Assembly (NCBI GenBank): GCA_016926735.1
Contig: JAFGOA010000197.1
Location: 1 to 31,063, forward strand
Length of the DNA stretch: 31,063 nucleotides
Reading direction: 5' to 3'
From: Promethearchaeota archaeon
Lineage (GTDB): Archaea > Asgardarchaeota > Lokiarchaeia > Sigyniarchaeales > SOKP01
Below, one piece after another: positions 1 to 9,474 of this stretch; the stretch's first letter is position 1, and each line of letters opens with the position of its first letter. Under the pieces are notes generated by a model. That model was not told the origin of the DNA and made no database searches. It saw nothing but the letters and a program-made list of their open reading frames with translations. A program made the position numbers and the translations under genes.

Positions 1-250
1 AAAAAAAATTTTTTTTTTTTTTTTATTATTTAAATTTAGAGGTAAGAATCCTAATATTGAATTATGATATGAAAATACCCACTTTTTCTCCATATTTTTC
101 TTTCTAAGTTAAGTTATTTATAAAGATACTTAAGAAGTATTATTTTAAAATATTAAACCCTTTTTATTTAATGATGTTCTTAAAAAGAAATAAAATTAAA
201 AATAAAAAGAAATAGAAATTTCTGTAAAAAAATATATTCGTTATACTATA

Positions 251-448
251 CTACTCTTCTAAGATTGTTATTGCCTCTTCAGGGCATTGGGTTTCACAGG
301 CTCTGCATCCAACACAATCTTCTCTGTTTTCTTCATTAATTTTTACTTTACCGCCTTCAGGTTCGTCAAAGCATTCAGAAGGACAAACCTCATAACATGT
401 TCCACATCCTGTGCATGCATCCTTATCAATTTCAATTCCAAATGACAT
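251..448 (-). CDS. 2x[4Fe-4S] ferredoxin
   Basis: Two CxxCxxCxxxCP motifs (CTGCGTCYEVCP; CVGCRACETQCP), acidic, 65 aa; GGAG Shine-Dalgarno-like motif upstream on the minus strand. Confidence 0.95.
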   Translation of the reverse strand: MSFGIEIDKDACTGCGTCYEVCPSECFDEPEGGKVKINEENREDCVGCRACETQCPEEAITILEE

Positions 449-644
449 TTATGTTATTCTCCTTTATATTTTTATAATAATTTTTAATGTTTTGATTTTT
501 TTTTCAAAACTCGATTTTTTATAATTTTTTTAATTATATAAAAAATAAAAACTTCTTGATTAAAAAAGGAAATTTTGCGTTATTTTTAGTTTTTAAAAAT
601 AAGAAATTTGTTAATTTATATTATTCTCATTTTTATTAAAAATC

Positions 645-830
645 ATAAGACTCATTCAACCTTTTTATTAAGAATTATTCAAATAATAATATAAAAGCAT
701 CTGAAGTCTTATCGAGTCTGATAGATTTGATGAAAAGTAGTCGGAGATGGTTTTATTCAAAATCAATCCGATAGAGGTTGTTGGTTTCAGCCCGTGCGAA
801 TAAGGGACATGTTCCAAACTTCGTATAAAC
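645..830 (+). ncRNA. Candidate structured non-coding RNA of unknown class
   Basis: About 39% GC over 701-830 (hand count) in very AT-rich intergenic DNA; several stems whose G-U pairs work only on the + strand; no credible ORF. Confidence 0.35.
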
Positions 831-1227
831 AATTTTTATTAAAATCAGTTACAATTTCTTAACACTTTTAATAATTTTGATAACCTAATAATGAATATAT
901 AAATCATTCAGAAAATATCTAAAGGGAAAAAATATAAGAAAGAAAAAATTATAAAAATAAAAAAAGTGGTAATTTAATAATTTAAGCAAACTAATCGAAA
1001 TTTACTTTTTATTTATTTTTTTCAACCACCTTCATTTTTTTTTTTATTAACAAGGTAACTATTTATCTAGAAACCCATTATAATATTAATCACCTAGATA
1101 TAAAAATGTTTGGTTTTTTAATTATTTAAATATATACTAAACAATTTTCAGATAATTATTTTTTTAATAAACATTTTTATGAGAAATGATGTATTGTTAG
1201 AAAAATATTCTTTTAGATCTAATCTTT

Positions 1228-2367
1228 TTACCATAAAAGGATACGTTGGCAATTCTTACAAATACCCTCATTGACTTGCTGATTTATGCATTGTTCATGA
1301 TAAGGAATACCACATTCTTTACATTTATAAATTTTATTAGTATACTCTAAAAAATCATATCCACAATATATACATTTACTTCCAAAGGAGAAATCTGAAC
1401 TGTTTTTGTCTATTTCTACTATTTGAGACGTAGTTGTTAAAGAAACATTGCTATTTTGATCTATAGAAGAAGGATTTAAGTAATTATTATTAGATTGAGG
1501 TGTTACCCATTGTTCCTCTAAAGGCTTTTGATTTTGAGATGGGTGAGGGGTTTCTTCCCAACTACTTATATATCCTTGATTTTTTTGTTGAATGCCTAAT
1601 TTATTTGATATTTTTTCATCCAAGATATTAGTCAGAATCATTGCAGAAGCATATTTCCCTTTTATTCCTCCCTTTTGTAAATGAGTATGTGATATCATAT
1701 GTATTACTTTTCCACCTTTTTTGCCATAATTAAAGTAAACAAGAACAGCTCCTTCACCCCATTTTTTTTTTATTTCCCAAGAATTAATCAGAATTTTAAC
1801 TTCGTTATAGTTCAACACTTCTATTGGAAATGAACGAGTTTCTAACCACCATTTGAATTCATCATTTTTAGTATCATTAGACTTGTATTTACTTTGTTGA
1901 ATTTCTCCTAATACACCTTCTAAAAAAGGATGATTTGTTTCTAATATTTGACATGGGACTACTGCATCAGCAGTTCTTTGTCTATTCCATTTAATATATC
2001 CTGGAAAAATAGGTTCTATGATACTTTGAATTGCCCAATCTGTAGTGATTAAATAATTACCGTTTAAAACAAAATCCCTTATTTTTGAAAATACACTAGT
2101 AGGAATATCCTTACCTGAACATCCTATTAATAAAACATCAAAATCATTAAAATCAATAGATCTGATTTTTTTTGTTATCATCTTTCTTTTTATAACAATT
2201 TTTTCTGCTGCATACATATGTTCAATTATTTTTTGAGGTTTTTCATATTCACCTTCAATAGCTAAAATTCTTCCATGTTTTTCAACCGCTTTTACTACAT
2301 CCTTTTTATTTAATGCTTCCATTTTACGCTTTCTAACTTCAGAATAAAGATTTTTCCAATCACTCAT
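1228..2367 (-). CDS. Hypothetical protein: N-terminal alpha/beta (GATase-like) domain, low-complexity linker, C-terminal C4HC3 PHD/RING-like zinc finger
   Basis: DVLLIGC and YLITTDWA motifs; Q/N/S-rich linker; C-x2-C-x13-C-x2-C-x4-H-x2-C-x9-C-x2-C at the C-terminus. Confidence 0.7.
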   Translation of the reverse strand: MSDWKNLYSEVRKRKMEALNKKDVVKAVEKHGRILAIEGEYEKPQKIIEHMYAAEKIVIKRKMITKKIRSIDFNDFDVLLIGCSGKDIPTSVFSKIRDFVLNGNYLITTDWAIQSIIEPIFPGYIKWNRQRTADAVVPCQILETNHPFLEGVLGEIQQSKYKSNDTKNDEFKWWLETRSFPIEVLNYNEVKILINSWEIKKKWGEGAVLVYFNYGKKGGKVIHMISHTHLQKGGIKGKYASAMILTNILDEKISNKLGIQQKNQGYISSWEETPHPSQNQKPLEEQWVTPQSNNNYLNPSSIDQNSNVSLTTTSQIVEIDKNSSDFSFGSKCIYCGYDFLEYTNKIYKCKECGIPYHEQCINQQVNEGICKNCQRILLW

Positions 2368-2459
2368 TTATAAGTCTCTCACATTAATATTAAATACAAT
2401 TTAGTGTTATCTTATTTTATAAATAATAAATAATAATGAATATATATATTTTCAGAACA

Positions 2460-3956
2460 ATGTTGGAATTAAATAATATTGGAACACCCAAAGAATTTTG
2501 GCATTATTTTTTTGAAATTTGTAAAATACCTCGTTGTTCTGGAAATGAAGAGAGCATTAGAAATTTTATAGAGAATAATGCCCTAAATTTCAATTTTATT
2601 TTTAAGAGGGATAAAATAGGGAATTTGGTTGTTATAGTTCCTGCAAGTCAATCTGAAAAAAAACCAATTAAAATAGCTTTTCAATGTCATATGGATATGG
2701 TTTGTGAGAAGGATTTTAATAAAAAACATGATTTTTCTAAAGATCCAATTGATATAGAAATTATTAAAATCGATGAGAAATATTGGATAAAAGCAAAAGG
2801 AACAACTTTAGGTGCTGATAATGGTGTTGGAATTGCATATTGTTTAGCATTAATGGATATGATTTTTAACAAAAAATTAATAATTCATAAAATCTCTCTT
2901 GAATTTTTATTTACAGTTCAGGAAGAGAAAGGATTATCTGGTGCTTTTAATATTAGCGACGATTTCATCAATAGTGATTATTTAATCAATCTTGATTCAG
3001 AAGAAGATGATAAAATTACAATTGGGAGTGCTGGAGGTATAAATACAATTGGAAGTATAAATCTTAATATTAAAGAAAAGATTAGAGATGATATTAAACT
3101 AAAACCAATAAAATTATCGATTACAAATTTAAATGGAGGGCATTCTGGCATTGATATCAATAAGGGAAGAGGAAATGCATTAAAAATAATTTCTAAAATA
3201 TTATGGAAGATAAATAATAGATATGGTATATATCTTAATTCTATTTTAGGGGGAAATTTACCAAACGCTATCCCTAGAGAAGCAGAATCTATATTTTATG
3301 TAGAAGAAGAAAAAAGTAATGAAATCTTTTTATTTATAGACCAAATCATTTCTGAAATAGAATTAGGAATAAAAAATATTGAAAAAGATATGAAGATAAG
3401 ATATGAAGAACTAAAAAATTATAATATTGAAAACATATATCCAAAAACTACCAGTGATAAATTGTTAAATGTACTTTATGTAATACCAAATGGTCCTATC
3501 TCAATTCACCCTAAAAAACATGATTTAGTTTATACATCTACCAATTTAGCTTCAATTAAAATAAAAGGACAATATCTTAAAATTATAACTAGTCAAAGAA
3601 GTCTTCATCATGTTTCTAAAAAAATAATATCAGAAAAGATTCAAGCTTTATTCAATCTCGCTGATATAAATATTGATCTTATTGGAGAATATCCTGGTTG
3701 GATTCCAAATTTCGAATCAAAACTATTAAAAATAGTCGAAAAAAGTTATAAAGAACTTTATAAAAGGGATCCGATTATTCAAACAATTCATGCTGGTTTA
3801 GAAACAGGGATATTGAGTAATATTTTTCCTAATATAGATATTATTTCATTAGGACCCTTAATATTAGAGGGTCATTCTCCTAATGAGAGATTACAAATCA
3901 ATAGTGTTGAAAAAATTTGGAATTTAATAATTACTATATTAAATAATTTTAATTAA
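2460..3956 (+). CDS. pepD: Aminoacyl-histidine dipeptidase (peptidase D, M20 family)
   Basis: HMDMVCEK, TTLGADNGVG, EEKGL, NLDSEE, GGHSG, IHAGLETG and HSPNE motifs; start at 2460 or 2436. Confidence 0.92.
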   Translation: MLELNNIGTPKEFWHYFFEICKIPRCSGNEESIRNFIENNALNFNFIFKRDKIGNLVVIVPASQSEKKPIKIAFQCHMDMVCEKDFNKKHDFSKDPIDIEIIKIDEKYWIKAKGTTLGADNGVGIAYCLALMDMIFNKKLIIHKISLEFLFTVQEEKGLSGAFNISDDFINSDYLINLDSEEDDKITIGSAGGINTIGSINLNIKEKIRDDIKLKPIKLSITNLNGGHSGIDINKGRGNALKIISKILWKINNRYGIYLNSILGGNLPNAIPREAESIFYVEEEKSNEIFLFIDQIISEIELGIKNIEKDMKIRYEELKNYNIENIYPKTTSDKLLNVLYVIPNGPISIHPKKHDLVYTSTNLASIKIKGQYLKIITSQRSLHHVSKKIISEKIQALFNLADINIDLIGEYPGWIPNFESKLLKIVEKSYKELYKRDPIIQTIHAGLETGILSNIFPNIDIISLGPLILEGHSPNERLQINSVEKIWNLIITILNNFN

Positions 3957-4042
3957 TTTTTAAGAAATTATAAAAAAAGAAAGAAAATATTTTAATTTTC
4001 AAATAATTAAAGATCTTAATAAAAAAAATAAATTTGTTCCTT

Positions 4043-4588
4043 ATGAGTAGTAAAGACACATCTATTAAAAAAGACGAGATCAGTGGTTCTAATACAGTAG
4101 TTGATATGATAAAAGAAAAAACTCCTTGGATATTTGGAAATAAAATCAAAAAACCAAGGATAAATTTTCCAGATCTAACAGCTGGACATAAAATTAATCT
4201 ACCAACACCATCAAAAGCAGTTGGATTGATTCTTATATATATAATGCTTTTTATTTTACAAGCAGGATTTTTATATGTTATTTATCGAAATCCACCAGCC
4301 CTCGGAGCAAATGAAGAGGGTGAAGCAGTTTTCTTTTATCCAGGAATTCATGATCAATATATTATAGAGGGGGTTGTTGCATCTATTGTAATATTTCTTG
4401 CTTCTACAGGATATATCTTTCTTTATCAAGCATCAAAGTATATTTATGATAGGAATATGGCATTGAAAATAGTAGCAATTGGATTTTTACTAATTATAAT
4501 TACTTTTATAATACTCCAAATAATGCTCTCAATAAAAACACAACAACTAAGAGAATTTCTCCAAAACTTATTGAATGTATATGGATAA
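4043..4588 (+). CDS. Oligosaccharyltransferase subunit, OSTC/DC2 (OST3/OST6 C-terminal family) homologue
   Basis: Three TM helices; PTPS...YRNPPALG...QYIIEGVVAS resembles the eukaryotic DC2 pattern (PPSVG...QYIMEGLAS); start at ATG 4043 or TTG 4034. Confidence 0.8.
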   Translation: MSSKDTSIKKDEISGSNTVVDMIKEKTPWIFGNKIKKPRINFPDLTAGHKINLPTPSKAVGLILIYIMLFILQAGFLYVIYRNPPALGANEEGEAVFFYPGIHDQYIIEGVVASIVIFLASTGYIFLYQASKYIYDRNMALKIVAIGFLLIIITFIILQIMLSIKTQQLREFLQNLLNVYG

Positions 4589-4640
4589 ATATTAAAATAA
4601 GATATTATATCTTATTTTTTCTTATCAAGTTTAATAATTT

Positions 4641-5777
4641 CTATTCTATTTCAATTATTCTAATTTCATCATAATCAATAATTATTTTATAAAATCCTTT
4701 CATTTTATTATCCAAAATAGTATTTCGAGTATCTATTTTTAATTTATGATCGGTAATATTTTCTAATTTATACTTTGTTGATACTATTATAATATTTTCA
4801 ATACCAATTTTTTCTAAAACTTTTGATGAAATTTGTAAATTTCCTCTTCCAAATAAGAAGCCTTGCCTTCCTATAGGCGAGACTATAATCTTTATTGGTT
4901 TCCTACCGATTAAATTCAATATTTTTTCTTCGTTTAAATCGAGAGTTATTATTTTTTTATTTAATAAGAGGTCTACACCCAGAATAGTTTTTTTTTCATT
5001 TAAAAAATCTGTGATTGCTTTTATTGTTGTGCCTGGACCTAATAAGTAATAAATATTATTTTTCATATCTTCAATTATTCTTTTTGCTATTCTTTCTTGA
5101 TTATTTGCATCAGAATTAGGAGAAATCATTTTAGATGATTGTAAACAATCAGGTTCAAAAGGAGTAATTAAAGAACCAAAATATTTTGATACTAATTTTC
5201 CATCTCTATATTGTTGTTCATCAATATCTAACACATCTGATTCACGTAAAGGAATTTCATCCCATAAATATTTTATAATTAAATCAGCAGTAAATTTTGG
5301 ATTTTTAGCAAAAACATTTGAATAAATTTTTACACCAGCAGGAAGACCTATGCAAGGTTTTTGTATATTTATAACCTCTTGAACATCCCTTGCAGTACCA
5401 TCTCCTCCAACAAAAATCAGTAGTCTTAATTTTTCATTTTCAATTAATTTTTTCACAATTACCTTTGTATGTTGAGCTGTTGTGTCATAAATGTCATTAT
5501 AATTATTAAAAATGGAATGGTTTATTACTTCATAATCAAATCCTAAATCATTTAAAATATATTCACCCATGAATTTTGGACAAGTTAAAAATTTTATTTT
5601 TTTCTTGATTGAATTTAGACCTGTAAGCAATTCTTTTATTCTCTCATAGGAATTAGGTTTAGCACCTAAAGATAATGCTTTATTGAGAATTTCTTTTCCA
5701 TCAGTTCCTTTTAATCCTACAGTTCCACCCATACCAGCGATAGGATTTACAATTAGACCTAATAAAAATCGATCCAT
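4641..5777 (-). CDS. ATP-NAD kinase family protein
   Basis: NPIAGMGG-x-VGLKGTDG, GGDGTARD, PAGVK, GRGNLQ motifs. Confidence 0.88.
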   Translation of the reverse strand: MDRFLLGLIVNPIAGMGGTVGLKGTDGKEILNKALSLGAKPNSYERIKELLTGLNSIKKKIKFLTCPKFMGEYILNDLGFDYEVINHSIFNNYNDIYDTTAQHTKVIVKKLIENEKLRLLIFVGGDGTARDVQEVINIQKPCIGLPAGVKIYSNVFAKNPKFTADLIIKYLWDEIPLRESDVLDIDEQQYRDGKLVSKYFGSLITPFEPDCLQSSKMISPNSDANNQERIAKRIIEDMKNNIYYLLGPGTTIKAITDFLNEKKTILGVDLLLNKKIITLDLNEEKILNLIGRKPIKIIVSPIGRQGFLFGRGNLQISSKVLEKIGIENIIIVSTKYKLENITDHKLKIDTRNTILDNKMKGFYKIIIDYDEIRIIEIE

Positions 5778-5838
5778 AATTTGAAAACACTTGAAAAAAA
5801 AGAAAAATTTTGATAAATTTAAAGAATTTAAAAATAAA

Positions 5839-6255
5839 TTATAAGGAAGCTAAGAAATCCTTATATTCACTTGCTGTGAGTAGATTGCTCTTTTCATTAT
5901 CTAAATTGGATGCATCTATAATATATAACCATCCCTCTCCATAAGGATCTTCATTGATCTTTTCAGGATTGTCTAATAAATCAGTGTTGACCTCAGTGAT
6001 GTTTCCAGAGACTGGACTGTAGATATCTCCAACCGCTTTACTAGATTCCACAGTAGCATCCAAAGGATCACTGGTTGGTTCATCCCCATCAATAATTACT
6101 TGTTCTACATCTTCACCTTCAATTGGTTCAACATCTACAAATGAGATTTCCCCCAATTGTTCAGTAGCATAAGCAGTTAATCCAACCTTACTAGAATCAG
6201 GATCATACCACTGATGTGTTTTAGTATATAATAAACCTTCTTTTACATCTGTCAT
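5839..6255 (-). CDS. gcvH: Glycine cleavage system H protein (lipoyl carrier)
   Basis: YTKTHQW, VESSKAVGDIYSPVSG with the lipoyl-lysine, INEDPYGEGWL. Confidence 0.92.
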   Translation of the reverse strand: MTDVKEGLLYTKTHQWYDPDSSKVGLTAYATEQLGEISFVDVEPIEGEDVEQVIIDGDEPTSDPLDATVESSKAVGDIYSPVSGNITEVNTDLLDNPEKINEDPYGEGWLYIIDASNLDNEKSNLLTASEYKDFLASL

Positions 6256-6385
6256 TTTAAAACAATAATTTCCTTTTTTTATATTTCAAAATTGATTTAA
6301 TAATTAAATGTAATAATATGAAAAATAAAAAAGTTTTTGATATATTTTAAATACTAAAAACAATTTCAAATTTCTTTTAATATTA

Positions 6386-6671
6386 ATGACCTACCATAAT
6401 CTAAAGGTTATGACATCCCAAAAGTACGCAACTGCTCCTACTACAAGTTGGTCTGTTTTTCGTAGAAAACTATTCCATTGCATTAGGAATGATTCCTCGT
6501 TCACGGAGGGTTCATGCAATAAGAAATTGATGTTTTATTTCTATTAATTTCTCTTCTGATATATAGAAATAAGAAACTTAAAAATAATATAAGTGTTATG
6601 ATTCATTAATAAGTAATATTTTACTCAATTCATCACTTCCTTAAAGGGAGTTGTCCTCTTAAGTAACCATG
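6386..6671 (-). mobile_element. Non-autonomous, internally deleted IS200/IS605-family element (PATE/MITE-like)
   Basis: 6386-6530 is homologous to 30788-30930; subterminal hairpins at both ends; TTTAT immediately outside the inferred left end and TCAT at the right end (minus strand). Confidence 0.75.
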
Positions 6672-6731
6672 ATAAAAAAGTTAAAGATTATTTTCGCAAT
6701 TTATGGATTATATTGGAAATTGAGGTTTTAA

Positions 6732-7574
6732 ATGACAGAAAAAAACAATATTGCTCTTAAAATAGGTTTTTATCAAGAATTTCAAAATATATACAGAAAT
6801 ATTGCAGAAATTTTTGATTTTAATCCCAAAAAAGATAAAGCAGCTAAAATAAGACTTTCAGAAATACTATCAGAAAAGGGAGCTAATTGGGATATTGATG
6901 ATATATTAATTTTATTTCAAAATTTAATAACAAAAAAAAAAAATATATTTATTTTTGGTTGTGGACCTTCATTGGAAATTTCAATTAATACAATTATAAG
7001 GGATTTAGGTAAAAATTTCTTTAAAACATCTGTTAATTTAGTTGCTGATGGAGCTTCAGTGTTGTTAAAACAATTGCAAATTCCAATTGATGGTTTATTC
7101 ACAGATTTAGATGGAATTGGTCATAATGAATTCAATTATACTAAATTTATTATCGTTCATGCGCATGGAGACAATTTAAAAAAACTAGAATTTTTCAAAG
7201 ATGATATTATAAACTTTAATAATTTAATCGCTACAACACAAATAGAGCCTAGTAAGAATATAATCAATGCTGGAGGATTCACTGATGGAGATAGAATTTT
7301 ATATTTTATAAGAAATTTAATCTTACCTTCGCAAAATATTTTTCTTTTTGGAATGGATTTTGGTAAAATTGTAGGAAGATTCTCTAAACCACAGTTAGAT
7401 TCTAATGAGAATGCTTCAATGATAAAAAAAAAAAAGTTGGAGTTTTCAGTAAAATTATTAGAATATTTATTAAAAAACTTTAGCAATAAAATATATTTTG
7501 TTAATTCGGATAAAATATCTAAACACTTTTCATATTTAACATTAAAAGATTTTAAAAAAGAATTTAAATCTTAA
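6732..7574 (+). CDS. mptE: 6-hydroxymethyl-7,8-dihydropterin pyrophosphokinase, MptE-like (DUF115)
   Basis: GCGPSL, ADGA, TDLDG, VHAHGDN, GGFTDGDR, GMDFG motifs. Confidence 0.85.
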   Translation: MTEKNNIALKIGFYQEFQNIYRNIAEIFDFNPKKDKAAKIRLSEILSEKGANWDIDDILILFQNLITKKKNIFIFGCGPSLEISINTIIRDLGKNFFKTSVNLVADGASVLLKQLQIPIDGLFTDLDGIGHNEFNYTKFIIVHAHGDNLKKLEFFKDDIINFNNLIATTQIEPSKNIINAGGFTDGDRILYFIRNLILPSQNIFLFGMDFGKIVGRFSKPQLDSNENASMIKKKKLEFSVKLLEYLLKNFSNKIYFVNSDKISKHFSYLTLKDFKKEFKS

Positions 7575-8361
7575 AATCTTTTATCCCTTTACTGGTGATC
7601 TCATATAAGATTCTCATCTCAGGTATTTTTTCAGAATTAACTATATGAGCATAATATTTTTTATCTTGTTTTTTGTATAAATATATTATTTCTGAGAAGA
7701 AATGATTAAGATATTGAATTGCAACGGGTAATTCTTTAATAAAAGCATCTTCAATAAAGTTGGGTGTAATTTGAGCAGTAATTATAGTTATTAGATTGAA
7801 TTTTTTTGTAATATAATTTATTATATCCAATATCCTTAAAAAATCATCTTTTGTCTTACTATAAGAAATCTCTTTTTCACCCTTTTCAAATCTATAGTGA
7901 TGATTAATACTATCTACTAAAAATAATCCTACTGAGTTTTTTTGAATTATCTCTTTTATAGATTTTAAAGAAAGTAATAATGTAGGATTACTACTTATTC
8001 TAGAGACAAATATATTTTTTAATACTTCTTTATGATTTAGATTATAATATTTACATAATTCTGTTATTCTCTCAGGTCGAAATGTATTTTCTGTATCAAA
8101 ATATAATATTGATTTTTGATTTTTCAGAAAAAGTTGATATGCTCTAACTGAGACTTGATGACATAATTGAGTTTTTCCAGAGCTATTACCCCCAAAAAAT
8201 AGATATATAGAGCGAGAATGAAATCCCCCATTTAGAATTTTATCAAAATTAATAGCTTCTAATGATAATTTGAACTGTTTTTTATCTATTGTTTGATTTA
8301 AAATGCCATTATAATCATAGATTTTTTTTTTATCAATATCTAATAAATCTAAGTTATCCAT
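7564..8361 (-). CDS. RadA/Rad51-family recombinase paralogue (ATPase core only)
   Basis: Walker A GGNSSGKTQLCHQ, DTENTFRPERI, Walker B LFLVDS; no N-terminal HhH domain. Confidence 0.85.
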   Translation of the reverse strand: MDNLDLLDIDKKKIYDYNGILNQTIDKKQFKLSLEAINFDKILNGGFHSRSIYLFFGGNSSGKTQLCHQVSVRAYQLFLKNQKSILYFDTENTFRPERITELCKYYNLNHKEVLKNIFVSRISSNPTLLLSLKSIKEIIQKNSVGLFLVDSINHHYRFEKGEKEISYSKTKDDFLRILDIINYITKKFNLITIITAQITPNFIEDAFIKELPVAIQYLNHFFSEIIYLYKKQDKKYYAHIVNSEKIPEMRILYEITSKGIKDFKI

Positions 8362-8852
8362 GAAGAATTATTATCTTATTATTATTTTTGTATATTATAA
8401 ATATAAAAAACACTAAATATGTTAAAGTTTGTTAAGTGTTTTTATTAAAATATATTCATTATAATCATTTTTTATTAACTATTAACAAAGGAATAATCTT
8501 TTATAATTTGTTAAAATTTTTCAATAACTATCAGATTAAGTAATCAATTAAAATATATTTTTACATCTATAACTAAAAATTATAAAATGATTCTATGATT
8601 TAAAATAAACAATATTCCCCCATTTCTTTTATATTTTTTATAGGAAAATAGAAGATATTAAGTTAATTATGATGGAAGTTGAAAACTGAAATTTTTATTC
8701 AGAAAAGAAAATTTTTTTTAAAACCAAAAATTAATTTTTGATTATTCATAAAAATAGAATTATAATAAAAAGATTAAATACAATCCTGAAATATAATTAT
8801 TTTTAATCTATCTCAATTATTACTTATTATTTTCCTATAGGAGTATAATTAA

Positions 8853-9470
8853 ATGGCAAAAAAAAAAAAAGAAGAATGCCCTTATTGTGGTGATTGGTTT
8901 ACCTACCTCAGTCGACATAAATGTAAAGTCCAAGCAAGAATTGAAAATAAGGAGGATGAAAAATCCGCTACAGAAAGAAGAATTGAAAGAATTGAAGAAA
9001 GAAAGCATTTATTAAATCGAGATCTAAGCAAAGAAGAAACTAATATTCTTAAGATTATTGATAGAAGGCAGAATTTATTTTTTGATGAACTAACTAACCT
9101 GGTAGACTTTGAAAGAAATAGATTAGAAGAAATAATAGATATCTTAGCACTCCAATCCAAAATTAAAGTGAAAAGAGAGTTAATAAACGCTAGCTGGAAT
9201 AAACATATCTTTGCAATAGAGGATTTAGAGAAGGAAATATCAGTTAAAGAAATTAAAGTCGATCAGAGCAAATTAGATTGGATTTGGAGTCAATTTGGTA
9301 ACCAACCTTGTTTTATATGTCCTTTTACAGAACAATGTAGTGATGATAATCCTGATATTTACAATCCACATCATTGTCCTTGGTTGACAGGATGGATTGA
9401 AGCATCATTAGAAGGAAGAGAATACATTGTGAATTTTGAAGAGATTCAAGAAGAAATGTATGAGACTTAA
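8853..9470 (+). CDS. Rpc34/RPC39/TFEbeta-like transcription factor (zinc-finger-like N-terminus, winged helix, C-terminal Cys cluster)
   Basis: C-terminal PCFICP-x4-C...P-x2-CPWLTGW matches the Fe-S motif pattern of RPC39/TFEbeta; central HTH-like segment; N-terminal CPYC...HKC. Confidence 0.7.
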   Translation: MAKKKKEECPYCGDWFTYLSRHKCKVQARIENKEDEKSATERRIERIEERKHLLNRDLSKEETNILKIIDRRQNLFFDELTNLVDFERNRLEEIIDILALQSKIKVKRELINASWNKHIFAIEDLEKEISVKEIKVDQSKLDWIWSQFGNQPCFICPFTEQCSDDNPDIYNPHHCPWLTGWIEASLEGREYIVNFEEIQEEMYET

Positions 9471-9474
9471 GTTA

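Noticed and set aside
1-30. A8/T16 homopolymer run
   Set aside because: Low complexity typical of this AT-rich genome; cannot be tied to a gene within the window
741-771. tRNA-Sec, fluoride riboswitch or SAM-I riboswitch identity for the intergenic hairpins
   Set aside because: Only short word matches (TTCA loop, GGAGATGG, CTTATC); no T-arm, acceptor stem or full consensus
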